Notes: generated by a model not told the origin, from the letters alone. 35,597 nt of DNA from a virus (IMGVR_UViG_3300016265_000654:1-35597), one strand, 5' to 3'. Shown: positions 16,671 to 25,509, numbered from the stretch's first letter. Numbers and translations: made by a program.

Positions 16671-17368
16671 CCTTGCCTTACGGCCCGGCTCTTTATCCGG
16701 GCCCTGCATCTTATGATTCGATGCAGAGGAGACTATCTCATCGCCAGTTTCGCTTGCTTGGTTGCGCTGATCTTCGCGCCGTGCCCTTTCGGCACCTCAA
16801 GCTGCGCCAATCTACGTTTCTCGTTGCTTTCGGCGCTTGGGCGGTAGCCGTTGGCCACCCTAACCTTTGCCGCCTTGGCCTGCGCCCCCGGAGGGAGCAA
16901 GAAAGAGATTTCGTTTTCGTTCAGAAGCAACCCGCGACTGCGGTATTCCTTCATCCAGAACAGTTCTCTTTCGCGCTTCACGATCACCGAAACGTCACCC
17001 GGCAACACTTCCACCGGCTTGATCTGAAACTTGTCGGCGTGATCGTTCCACGCTGCCTGCAACCGTACCGAAGAATGCTTTCCGGCTTTCAAAAGGCAGC
17101 GATGCTCTCGCATCCGCTTCCCTATCCTGCCAGCGGTGCAGCCGATGTAGGCCGCGCCCGTCAAACCATCCTCCAGCTTGTAGATCGTCACCATTCGGGA
17201 TTCCCCTCTGTGGTTTGATAGTGGCGCCCCGCGCTCGTGGGATCTGGCTTCCGCCTCGTCCTAGTCGTTACACCTTCCGCAGCCCTTGACTATCCTCTGC
17301 GGCTTGGCTCGGTATTGGCATTCCAGCTTTTTACCGAATTCACGGGGTTTTACAACGTCTGGGAGTTA
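16671..17368 (-). ncRNA. Group I self-splicing intron (IA-like, 698 nt) in the major capsid gene
   Basis: Exon 1 ends in U, intron ends in G; P1 ACAACGUU/GACGUUGU with U.G at the splice site; P (AAUUCGGU), Q (AAUACCGAGC), R (GUGUAACGACUAG), S (GAGAUAGUC); pairings P3, P4, P6a, P7, P8, P9, P9.1 all traceable. Confidence 0.92.
16733..17194 (-). CDS. Intron-encoded GIY-YIG homing endonuclease (153 aa)
   Basis: TIY...YIG, conserved R (KRMREH), E (RERE) and N (LLN); basic NUMOD3-like tail; located in the P8 loop. Confidence 0.88.
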   Translation of the reverse strand: MVTIYKLEDGLTGAAYIGCTAGRIGKRMREHRCLLKAGKHSSVRLQAAWNDHADKFQIKPVEVLPGDVSVIVKRERELFWMKEYRSRGLLLNENEISFLLPPGAQAKAAKVRVANGYRPSAESNEKRRLAQLEVPKGHGAKISATKQAKLAMR

Positions 17369-17449
17369 AACGTTGTCGGCAAGTTCGCCGGAACGCGACT
17401 GGATGTTCGTCGCGATGATATCGCTGATCGAACTGTTTGCGAAAGCCAT
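17369..17449 (-). CDS. Major capsid protein, exon 1 (27 aa)
   Basis: AGGAGAG RBS, then MAFANSSISDIIATNIQSRSGELADNV followed by an in-frame TAA that begins the intron. Confidence 0.9.
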
Positions 17450-17470
17450 GTGGCTCTCCTTCTTGCTGGA

Positions 17471-18517
17471 TTACAACCGCTCCGAGAGCCCGTCGAATTG
17501 CTCGGCCAGGAGGGAGCGGCGATCCGCCGTCTTTGCGCTCGTCGGCCCTCCGGGTGCGGAGGTGCGAACGGAGACTGCGGCTGCCCTGGCGGCTTTCGCC
17601 GCCTTGTCTGCCTGGGCTTTCCGGTCTGCAAGGGCTGCGGCCTGTCTGGCCTCGACCTGCTTGGCGAAAAGCTCTTCATCCAGACGAAGGGCTTTGTCGT
17701 ATGCGTCTTGAAGCGTGGTCGCGACGCCGCTCTGTAGAAGCTGGATCATCGTCGGCCGAGCCGCCTCGAAATGTTCGGCCTTCGTTGCAAACTGGGAAAC
17801 CTCGCTCAGAAGCGCGGCATTCGCCGCCTCTTCCTGCTGCTGCTTCCAGCCCGACACCTCGCCACGAATTCTCACGAGTTCGTTTTGAAGCGCCACGAAG
17901 TTGGGATCGACCGGAGCCTGTGGGGCGGGTTGACCCTGCGCGGACAAGTCTATGCCGTAGGATTGGGCGAGTCGATAGAAATAATTCAACTTCTCCTGCG
18001 GCGCGGAGGTGCGCAGGATATTGTCGGCTTCCATCAGCGCCTTAACCGCCGTTGGGGCGTCGATTCCAAGCCCGCGAATGGTCGGCATGTAGGGCTCGAT
18101 CGCCTGATTCATGGCGTCGGCAAATTCGGCTTTTGCGCGGATCGGCTCGATTCCGGCGCGCATCTGCTCTTCGCGCTGGTAAGCGTATTCCTGCAACCGC
18201 GGATCGGCTTTCAGCCATGCGTCGTGGTATTCCTTCTTCCACGACGACGGAGGACGCTTCCAGACCGGCTCCTCGACGGGCTCGGCGGTCTCGGGCGCCG
18301 GGGCGGTTTTTGCGGCCTTGGACGCGGGCTGGCCGTCCGCCCGGGCGAACTTGCCGGTCGCATCGCGCGCGCGATCCTGCGCGGGCTTTTCGGCCTCCGG
18401 CGCAGCCTCGGTCTGCGGCTCGGGCGCTGGCGCGGGCTGCTCCGCCTCGATCGCGCTGAATTGCTCGGCCAACAGTTCCTTGCGGCTGTCGCTGTCGACC
18501 TTCTGGATTTCGCTCAT
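17471..18517 (-). CDS. Capsid scaffolding protein
   Basis: Acidic/Pro-rich N-terminus with RD..GKFA, helical body, immediately upstream of the capsid gene. Confidence 0.75.
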   Translation of the reverse strand: MSEIQKVDSDSRKELLAEQFSAIEAEQPAPAPEPQTEAAPEAEKPAQDRARDATGKFARADGQPASKAAKTAPAPETAEPVEEPVWKRPPSSWKKEYHDAWLKADPRLQEYAYQREEQMRAGIEPIRAKAEFADAMNQAIEPYMPTIRGLGIDAPTAVKALMEADNILRTSAPQEKLNYFYRLAQSYGIDLSAQGQPAPQAPVDPNFVALQNELVRIRGEVSGWKQQQEEAANAALLSEVSQFATKAEHFEAARPTMIQLLQSGVATTLQDAYDKALRLDEELFAKQVEARQAAALADRKAQADKAAKAARAAAVSVRTSAPGGPTSAKTADRRSLLAEQFDGLSERL

Positions 18518-18518
18518 G

Positions 18519-18848
18519 CTATCTCCGGGGCTGCGACCGAAGCTCGGCCAGGATCTTGTCGGCCTGCCTGTCGGTCATGTTCCACAATTGTTCGCGCAGG
18601 CGCTTGATGCGCATCTCGCGGCTCGGCAGCGTGGCCTGCCGGGGCTTGGGCATTTCGTTTCCGACTTCAAAGCAATTGTGCCGCTTGAGGTGTTCGCGGT
18701 GCTGCGAGCGGCTAGAGATCCACGAGCCATCGGCCATCGACTTGTAACCGCCGATATCGGGCATGACCTGAATCTTTGGCTCGGCGCCGGGATGCGCGAC
18801 CGCGATCTCGATCATCTCGCCGTCGCGCCAGACATATCGCGTTCTCAT
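18519..18848 (-). CDS. Conserved phage hypothetical protein
   Basis: MPDI..YKSM.DG..I.SRSQHREHLK.H.C.EVGNE motif. Confidence 0.75.
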   Translation of the reverse strand: MRTRYVWRDGEMIEIAVAHPGAEPKIQVMPDIGGYKSMADGSWISSRSQHREHLKRHNCFEVGNEMPKPRQATLPSREMRIKRLREQLWNMTDRQADKILAELRSQPRR

Positions 18849-19480
18849 AGCAACAACAGAACCTCCTCGTCGTCGGCCTCAATTGCGGCCTCAATTGCCA
18901 GCCGCTCGGCCAGCTGCTGCGCGCGCTCCAGCGTCGCGATCAGGCCGGTCAATTCGATCGCGGGCGCGTAAATGATGCTGTCCGGGCTGCTGATGCCCGC
19001 CGCCTCGACCAGCGCGACGACCTCAGGCTCCGGCTGCTTGCCCTCAACGATCTGCTCGTACAGGTCGAGGACGCGCTGGCGGCGAGCGGCGACGGCCTTG
19101 CGCTCCTTGCGCAGCTTCTTGCCGAGATAATCGCCGTCGTGGGTGTCGTCGATGATGATGATCGCGCCGGAGGTCGCGTCGGCGGACAGCGAAAGCGCGC
19201 CAAGGGTCGCCGTCAGGTCTGCGGTGACAGGCGTTGGCGTCGAAACGGTCGCGTCAGCCGAAAGCGCAATGCCGCCAAGCGTGACGGTGAGATCGCCCGC
19301 AACGCCAGTGGAGGCATCGGCCGAAACGGTAAGCGCGCCTAACGTTGCCGTTAAATCACCTGCGACGCCGGTTGACGCATCGCCGGATAGCGTCAGATCG
19401 CCAAGCGTGGCGGTCAGGTCCGCCGTTACGCCCGCCGCCGCCTCAAAAAGTATTGATCCTGGTTGCCTTGCGCGGAGCAT
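18845..19480 (-). CDS. Hypothetical virion-module protein with ~20-aa tandem repeats
   Basis: Four (G/P)V(T/A)(A/G)DLT(A/V)TLG....S(A/G)DA repeats; DTHDG motif; C-terminal DDEEVLLLL. Confidence 0.75.
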   Translation of the reverse strand: MLRARQPGSILFEAAAGVTADLTATLGDLTLSGDASTGVAGDLTATLGALTVSADASTGVAGDLTVTLGGIALSADATVSTPTPVTADLTATLGALSLSADATSGAIIIIDDTHDGDYLGKKLRKERKAVAARRQRVLDLYEQIVEGKQPEPEVVALVEAAGISSPDSIIYAPAIELTGLIATLERAQQLAERLAIEAAIEADDEEVLLLL

Positions 19481-19481
19481 C

Positions 19482-20276
19482 TCAGTCCCCGATCAGCGGC
19501 GGGCGGTTGGCGAAAGGGTGGTCGGCGGCGAGGGAATAATTCCATTTCCACCCTAAATATCCTTCAGCACGATACCTGTCGTAATCATTGAAGTCTGTTG
19601 TGATAAGAAAAATTTCGCACAGTTGACCATACGCAGGAAAGTTCCCATTTGATTGGCTGCATATGTTTACAGTATTTGATCCAGTTATGTTTGCTTCTGC
19701 GACGGTTATTCCGGTTTGCTCCGCTCCGTTTATCCACAACCTCGGGACCGAACTTGGTACATGCAAAACAGAATTTACGGACCCAGCCGCTGCTGTTATT
19801 TTTTGATATGACGCAAGGGATATTTGAGATCTGGATACTCCCGTTGTGTCGGTGATTACGTATCCCCCACCAGATCCGGTCAAGTCGGCGGGCAAAATTC
19901 CCCACGAAGAGCGTTCGTGAAAAATCATTCCGTCGTTGCCGTTATCAACAAACACCCAAAAAGCGCTCAAATTTCCAGTGTATGTTCCAGACGTAACTGA
20001 TTTTGTCTGGTTCCGCATTCTTTGATTTGTGAATTGCAAGCATCGGTTTCCGCTTCGCGCATGGGTGGCCAGAGTTGGTTTTCCGGTCCCAAGATCCCAT
20101 GCGGAAAGATCTATTGATTGATAAGATTTATCGCGCAGAGTCGTGCAGCCAACTGCGTCAAATGCCATCGTTGACAGGTCGCTAGTATCCCACCACGCCG
20201 CAGGCCGCAACACCGCAGGCGTCCAGAGCCGCCCCTGTATCTGCGCGGTCTCGTAGTCGTTGCGCCCGCGCGGCAT
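19482..20276 (-). CDS. Concanavalin A/LamG-like virion accessory protein
   Basis: WTP.....AAWWD.SD, DKS, LWING, E..., EGYL.WKW...L..DHPF...PP framework; AT-rich interior. Confidence 0.7.
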   Translation of the reverse strand: MPRGRNDYETAQIQGRLWTPAVLRPAAWWDTSDLSTMAFDAVGCTTLRDKSYQSIDLSAWDLGTGKPTLATHARSGNRCLQFTNQRMRNQTKSVTSGTYTGNLSAFWVFVDNGNDGMIFHERSSWGILPADLTGSGGGYVITDTTGVSRSQISLASYQKITAAAGSVNSVLHVPSSVPRLWINGAEQTGITVAEANITGSNTVNICSQSNGNFPAYGQLCEIFLITTDFNDYDRYRAEGYLGWKWNYSLAADHPFANRPPLIGD

Positions 20277-20686
20277 TAGACGCTCTGCTCGTTCCAGGGC
20301 CGGACGTACAGCTCATTGCCGGATGCGTTCAGCGTCACGCCGCTGTTGTTGACCAGCGAGATCCGTAGGCTGTACGGCGGGATCGTGATGCGAACGATGT
20401 TGACCTTAGCCGATGCGCCCGACAGCAGCGGCAGGACATAAATGTCGCCGCCGATCTTATCGCTCGTGTCGGTGCCGTCGTTGTAGGTGACGCGCAGGCT
20501 AACCGATCCGCCGGTAGACGGCGTGATCGACCCGAGCTTGAGCGTCAACAGCGCATAGAAATCGAGGTTGCTGCTGTTGTCATAGGTTACCGTCGAGCTT
20601 TCGCTGCCATTTGCGAGCGAGTTTGCGACCGTTGAGAGGATGTTGGCTGAGCGGGTCGAGGGCGTCGCCCATTTTGCGGTTGCCAC
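20276..20686 (-). CDS. Hypothetical beta-rich virion-module protein
   Basis: GTG start after GGGAG; TAATG overlap with the next gene. Confidence 0.7.
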   Translation of the reverse strand: MATAKWATPSTRSANILSTVANSLANGSESSTVTYDNSSNLDFYALLTLKLGSITPSTGGSVSLRVTYNDGTDTSDKIGGDIYVLPLLSGASAKVNIVRITIPPYSLRISLVNNSGVTLNASGNELYVRPWNEQSV

Positions 20687-20723
20687 AATTAACTCCCGTG
20701 TCCGTTAATCATCAGAGCCGCAA

Positions 20724-21125
20724 CTATGCGTTGGCATCCGTCAGCGTGAATGTGTTGATCGTGAAAGACTGGCCGGAGACGACCGACGTCGTATTCACGA
20801 TCATGTCGGCGCCGCTTGTGCCGACGGTGCCCTGGACATGGCAGGTCGCGGCCGTTGAGTCGTACATGCGGAAATAGCCCGCCGTGCCCGTGTTTGAGGC
20901 GCTGGCCACGGTCCACGTGCCGAGCTTGGTCATCGAGCCGGACGACGCCGCGTTGAAATAGTCGGAGGGCAGCGACAGCGTGGCGAGCATCGTGCCGCTG
21001 TCAGCAGCTGCGCAATTTGCAGGCGGCGAGCCGGTGAAGATCTTGACGACCGCCGACGTGCCAATGGTCGTTTCGATGCTATTCAGCCGCGCGTTGCGGA
21101 CCGTGGTCGAGAGCTGAACTGCCAT
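20724..21125 (-). CDS. Hypothetical virion-module protein
   Basis: RNARL..IE..IG, IFTG..PA.C, GTAG.FR, QGTV motifs; TAATG overlap with the portal gene. Confidence 0.75.
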   Translation of the reverse strand: MAVQLSTTVRNARLNSIETTIGTSAVVKIFTGSPPANCAAADSGTMLATLSLPSDYFNAASSGSMTKLGTWTVASASNTGTAGYFRMYDSTAATCHVQGTVGTSGADMIVNTTSVVSGQSFTINTFTLTDANA

Positions 21126-23374
21126 TATTGCACCTTCACGATTTCAACGCCGACTGCGCGCCCATCAGGGCCGCGGACAATGCGCTTCGGGGCGGACATG
21201 GTTGCGAGTGCATCTTGCAGGCGACCAAGCGTCTCGCCGTGGCGGTTCATTGCCGACGCCTCGATGCCCTGCATCTGCTGCAACAGAGTCTGCATCTGCT
21301 GGGCGATCTGGTCTGCAATCGCGCTGGCTTGATGCGCTTGCGCTTCGATGCTCGGCACGTCTGCGCCGGCAGCGCCAATACGCGCAACCATGATCTTGGT
21401 GTCAGCTTCCAGCTTGGCCTTCTGCTGCTCCAGCGCGACGGTCTGCGCCAATTCCTCGGCCTTCAGCGCCGCCTCGAACCGCTGGCGCTGCTCTTCCATT
21501 GCCGCCGCGGCCTGCGCCTTCATCTGCTCAATCTGGATGTCGGCCTGGATCTTGGCCTGCTGGATCTGCGCGTCAATCTGGGCCTTCTGCTGCGCCATCT
21601 GCGCCTCCTGCTGCGCGCGGATCATTTCGGGATCGGGCGGCGGCGGGGTTGCGGCGGCCTGCTGCTGTTGCTGCGTCATCGAATCGAGCAGGCGGTCCAA
21701 GGTGCCTTCAAGGGTGTCGGCCTGCTTGAAGGCCTTGACCCCGTACTTCATAAGCTCGACCACGATTGGCGCGGCCTGCGGAACCTGCTGCACGACCGGC
21801 AGCGCTTTTTCGAGGAAGCCGCCATAGGCCGTCACGAACTCCAGGCGGTCCTGTTTGTTCTGGTTTTCGTCGATCTGGACAAGGCTGTCGGACGCGACAT
21901 CGATGCGGAAATTGCGCAGCGGCTTGTCGCTGAGAAGCTGGATGGCCTGCGGGATCAATTGCTGGTCGGCGGGCGCCATCTGATTGGCGGCCGCGTACTG
22001 AAGCAACGTCTGAGGCTGAAAATGCTGGCAGATGATCTGCGCCTTCAGGCGGATCAGTTCCGACGCGAACAGCGCGACCTCGTCCTGCATCGCGCGCAGA
22101 CGCAGGCCTGCGTACTGGCCTTTGATCTGCTGCGCGGTGGCGGTTTCGCTGGCGGCGGTCTGGCCTCGGATGATGTCCGAGATGCCGGTGATTTCGTAGA
22201 TCTGCGCCTTGATCTGCTCGCGCGCCGTGTAGCACTGGAGCAGCGCCTGGGCGAGCGTGTCGAGTGGCAGAAGGTCGATGCTGCCCTTAAGGCCGCCCTT
22301 CTCTCCGAAGGCCATCCATTTGTCGACCGGGATCAGGGCGTTGTTGTCGCCCTCGGTCAGCAGGCGCTGAAGCGCGGGCTGCGAGGCATCATAGACGCCG
22401 CGCATCCTGAGCGCCTTGACCAGCCCGTCAATGCGGTCGGACAGGATGTCGAGTTCGTTGGCCTGATCCTGGTAAAGCAGGAAGTCCGGGACCGGGACGA
22501 GGTTATCGGAGGTGGTGGTGGCGAACAGCGGTTTCGGGCAGGGAAAGAAGCCCTCAAGGCCAAGCGGGTCCGAGCGCTCGTCGATAAATTGCGCCATGCC
22601 CTTATGGAGCCAATAGACGCGCTGCGTTTCCTTGTCCCAAAGTTCGCAGATCTTTGCCCGCGTGCCTTCGCGCTTGCGATTGGGGCCATCGAGGTTGTCG
22701 GGGCCGCTGTCGAGCGGGATCTTCTTGCCGGCGTCGCCGAAACGCTCAATCAGCGCCTCGCGCGTCATGTAGACCCAGCGCCAGACCTGCGTGACCTCTT
22801 CCCAGGTTCGCGCGCTGCTGTGGCCAAAGTCCTTCCAGTGGACGTAATCGACCGGCGCGCACTCGTACTCGATCTCCTCGGGCTGCTCGGCGCCATCCGG
22901 CAGGTTGCCATCCTCGTCGACGTCCTCGGTGACCTGCGCGCCGTCCTCGGGCAGCCCCATTTCGATGGCGCGCATGTGCGGCTCATAGCGCACCCAAGCG
23001 ACGCCGCGGCCGCCAAGGAAACGGTCCTCGACCGCGTAGCGCATCGTCGCGCGGAAGTCGGGGTAATGCTCGATTTCGTAATCGAGGGCGCGCTCGATCA
23101 GAAGAGCGGCGACGCGGCCTACCTGATCGTTGTCGGCAAAGCGGCGACGCGCCGAGGCTTTTGGCAGGCGCGCGTAGACCGCCGGAATCAGCGTCTGGAC
23201 GTTCGACCAAAGGATGTTGAACTTGACCGTCTCGTTTCCGCTCTGCGTGCGCGTGTCGTCGCGATAGCGCTTGATGATCTTAGTCGCGCGCTTCTGCCAG
23301 CGCTCGAACTCGTTTTCGTAGGTCGAGATGGCTTGCAGATATTTCTGGACGCCGGTCGGCTGAACGTCAGGCAT
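21125..23374 (-). CDS. Portal protein (P22-like, long C-terminal Gln-rich barrel)
   Basis: 749 aa; FNILWSN, GRG.AWVRYEP, YEITGISDIIRG, ETATAQ; C-terminal PKRIVRG.DGRAVG. Confidence 0.88.
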   Translation of the reverse strand: MPDVQPTGVQKYLQAISTYENEFERWQKRATKIIKRYRDDTRTQSGNETVKFNILWSNVQTLIPAVYARLPKASARRRFADNDQVGRVAALLIERALDYEIEHYPDFRATMRYAVEDRFLGGRGVAWVRYEPHMRAIEMGLPEDGAQVTEDVDEDGNLPDGAEQPEEIEYECAPVDYVHWKDFGHSSARTWEEVTQVWRWVYMTREALIERFGDAGKKIPLDSGPDNLDGPNRKREGTRAKICELWDKETQRVYWLHKGMAQFIDERSDPLGLEGFFPCPKPLFATTTSDNLVPVPDFLLYQDQANELDILSDRIDGLVKALRMRGVYDASQPALQRLLTEGDNNALIPVDKWMAFGEKGGLKGSIDLLPLDTLAQALLQCYTAREQIKAQIYEITGISDIIRGQTAASETATAQQIKGQYAGLRLRAMQDEVALFASELIRLKAQIICQHFQPQTLLQYAAANQMAPADQQLIPQAIQLLSDKPLRNFRIDVASDSLVQIDENQNKQDRLEFVTAYGGFLEKALPVVQQVPQAAPIVVELMKYGVKAFKQADTLEGTLDRLLDSMTQQQQQAAATPPPPDPEMIRAQQEAQMAQQKAQIDAQIQQAKIQADIQIEQMKAQAAAAMEEQRQRFEAALKAEELAQTVALEQQKAKLEADTKIMVARIGAAGADVPSIEAQAHQASAIADQIAQQMQTLLQQMQGIEASAMNRHGETLGRLQDALATMSAPKRIVRGPDGRAVGVEIVKVQ

Positions 23375-24008
23375 TGGGCCTCCGACGGAAGATCACATCG
23401 CGATGAACATGCCCGGCGATCATGTAGCCGAGATCGGCCAGCATGGTGATGGTGTCGACGTCGGTGACGCCATAGCGCTCGCCCAGGCCCTTCAGCTCCA
23501 GCACGATGGTCGGCCAGCTGCGCTTGATCGTGTCCAGCCCGCCCTGCACGGCGAAATGCTCGAATCCCTCGACGTCCAAGCAAAGCAGGTCGCAATCATC
23601 GATCCCGAGGCTGTCGATCCGCACAATGGCAAACTCGTCGCCGTCCTTGACGCGGTGCGCGCCAATGTTGTGCGGGTCGAAGCGGTCCATTGCGCCGGTC
23701 GAGGGCTGATGGCCAAACGCGGCACGGTAGGCGATGACGTTGGCGCGCTCTTCGGTCGACAGATGCCGGTTGAGGTTCTGCAGCAGCGCCGCGTGGTTGT
23801 CGACGTCCGGCTCGACCGTGACGACGCGCGCGAATTCCTTGGCCAGCGCAACCGGCCAGATGCCGATATTTCCGCCCGCCTGGATCGCCGTGCGGCGGCC
23901 CGAGGTCAGCGGCAGGATGTCGGTTTCAAGATCGGTCACCTCGCGCAGGATGATGTCGAGCGCGACCTGATCGGCCTCGGGCACCCACCAATTGTCACGC
24001 AGCAGCAA
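23367..24008 (-). CDS. FkbM-family SAM methyltransferase
   Basis: TTG start after GGAGG; AIQAGGNIG, TVEPD..N, IDSL...CDLLCLDVEGFE, TI....P.I.LE. Confidence 0.85.
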   Translation of the reverse strand: MLLRDNWWVPEADQVALDIILREVTDLETDILPLTSGRRTAIQAGGNIGIWPVALAKEFARVVTVEPDVDNHAALLQNLNRHLSTEERANVIAYRAAFGHQPSTGAMDRFDPHNIGAHRVKDGDEFAIVRIDSLGIDDCDLLCLDVEGFEHFAVQGGLDTIKRSWPTIVLELKGLGERYGVTDVDTITMLADLGYMIAGHVHRDVIFRRRPNA

Positions 24009-24585
24009 GGTCGACCTCCCAGGGCCGGGGCCTTCCGTGAAAGATGATGATCCGCTCGTTTTTGGTCCGTTCGGTGGCCTTCCAGCTGCCGATCGCGCGC
24101 GGCGCAACGTCCTGCCAGAAAGCGAATTCGCCCGCGTAGTGCTGTTCCAGCCATTCCTGGTCGCCGCCCATGTAAAAGCGCGGCTCGGCGGCAAATTCGC
24201 GATAAAGGTGCGAGACGTCGTCTTTCCACCACATCATTGACGACTGCATGGCGTGGCGATTGGTGCGGCCGCGGTAGAAATCGCGCAGGATGACGAAATG
24301 ATCGTCGCCAGCAAGCTCGATGACCGGCGAGATGTCACGCACGATTACGGTGTCGAGGTCGAGGTACAGGACGGGGCCGCGAAGCTTGAAAACCTCCATC
24401 TTGGCCCACCAGCCGGGCCAGTCATGGTCAAGCGCGACGGTTTCGCAGTCGAGGCGCCCGTGCAAATCGGTCAGGCACACGAAACGGTGCGCACGCGCAA
24501 ATCGCGCGCACTGGTCGCGAAGCGCCGCGACATGCTCGGGCAGATATTCGCCGCCAGAGCGTAGGACGGTGGCGATGGTGATCAT
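23995..24585 (-). CDS. GT-A fold glycosyltransferase
   Basis: VLRSGG.Y, F.CLTD, WPGWWAKME.F, LYLDLD (DxD), GDQ, IIIFHG.PRPW. Confidence 0.85.
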   Translation of the reverse strand: MITIATVLRSGGEYLPEHVAALRDQCARFARAHRFVCLTDLHGRLDCETVALDHDWPGWWAKMEVFKLRGPVLYLDLDTVIVRDISPVIELAGDDHFVILRDFYRGRTNRHAMQSSMMWWKDDVSHLYREFAAEPRFYMGGDQEWLEQHYAGEFAFWQDVAPRAIGSWKATERTKNERIIIFHGRPRPWEVDLAAA

Positions 24586-25211
24586 CGTTGCGTGCGGGCA
24601 AACCGGGCCGCAAAGCTGTTCGGATCCAGCTCCATGCGGCCATAGCGGCGCAGGGCGGCGGCCATCTGCTGCGGCGTCAGGCGCGCGCCAGCGGTCGAGG
24701 CTTCGCCGGGCGGAGGCTCAACTTGCATCGGAGCCACTGTCGGCGCCATCGGGGCGCCTGCTGCGGCCATTTCGGCTGGTGTCGAGACGCTGAGCATCCG
24801 CTGATCCAGCTGTGATTCAAAAGGCATCCCGGCGCCCATGCGCGCGGCGGGTGCCGGAGGGGGCGGCATGACGGGCGCCATTGGGCGCGTGCCGGTCGGC
24901 ATTGCGACGGGCGGAGCGGGCGGCGGCAGCGGGGCCGCGGTGACTGGGCCGGGAAACGCAGGGCCACGCAGGGCGTCGGTCGGCAGCGACGGCGCCATCG
25001 CCCCGGTCTCGGCAGGCATCGCGCCCGGCGTCGCGGCCGGAACCGCAGATCCGCGCAGGAACATGCGCCGCAGGTCGTCGAGGCTGTAGCTTGCGACAGG
25101 GCGGCCGACGGCGCGGTCGAGCGCCGCCATGCCTTCGCCATATGCGCCCGGCGTGGTCACGTCGGCCATCTTGCGGTCGAAAGCATCCAATTCTGCGCGG
25201 GTCATCGCCAT
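24582..25211 (-). CDS. Pro/Ala-rich hypothetical protein
   Basis: ATG after AAGGA; low complexity; ATGA overlap with the GT gene. Confidence 0.6.
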   Translation of the reverse strand: MAMTRAELDAFDRKMADVTTPGAYGEGMAALDRAVGRPVASYSLDDLRRMFLRGSAVPAATPGAMPAETGAMAPSLPTDALRGPAFPGPVTAAPLPPPAPPVAMPTGTRPMAPVMPPPPAPAARMGAGMPFESQLDQRMLSVSTPAEMAAAGAPMAPTVAPMQVEPPPGEASTAGARLTPQQMAAALRRYGRMELDPNSFAARFARTQR

Positions 25212-25215
25212 CGGA

Positions 25216-25509
25216 TCAATCCTTATTGCGTGCGCTGATTGCGCGGGCCTTCGTGCGAGCATCTTCCTTGCTCGACGCGCCCCAAGCCTTCAAAGCAAGA
25301 GCGAGGCGGGTCGGCTTGCCGTTCTTCTCCATCGGGCCGGGCATGTTGCCCATGCGCGCAAGGAAGCTGGCGCGGCGCGGATTGTCGCCGCTCTTGACCG
25401 GAGGCTTGAGCGTGCCGCCGGTCTCGGCCTTGTAGCTGGCGCGGCCCTTGGCATTGAGGCCGCCGGCCGGGTTCTTGCCTTCCTTGCGCTGCCAAGCCGG
25501 GCTGGACAT
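25216..25509 (-). CDS. Basic conserved phage protein (DUF6321-like)
   Basis: AWQRKEGKNP.GGLNAKGRASY...RRASF.ARM. Confidence 0.8.
   Translation of the reverse strand: MSSPAWQRKEGKNPAGGLNAKGRASYKAETGGTLKPPVKSGDNPRRASFLARMGNMPGPMEKNGKPTRLALALKAWGASSKEDARTKARAISARNKD

Noticed and set aside
16671-16709. Capsid start at ATG 16709 (MQGPDKEPGRKAR)
   Set aside because: It lies within the intron P9 hairpins and has no RBS; exon 1 provides the true start.
21128-23449. 773-aa + strand ORF and other long antisense ORFs (e.g. 15735..16847, 8743..9738)
   Set aside because: They are shadows of portal, capsid and ejection genes, expected in high-GC DNA, with no recognisable motifs.
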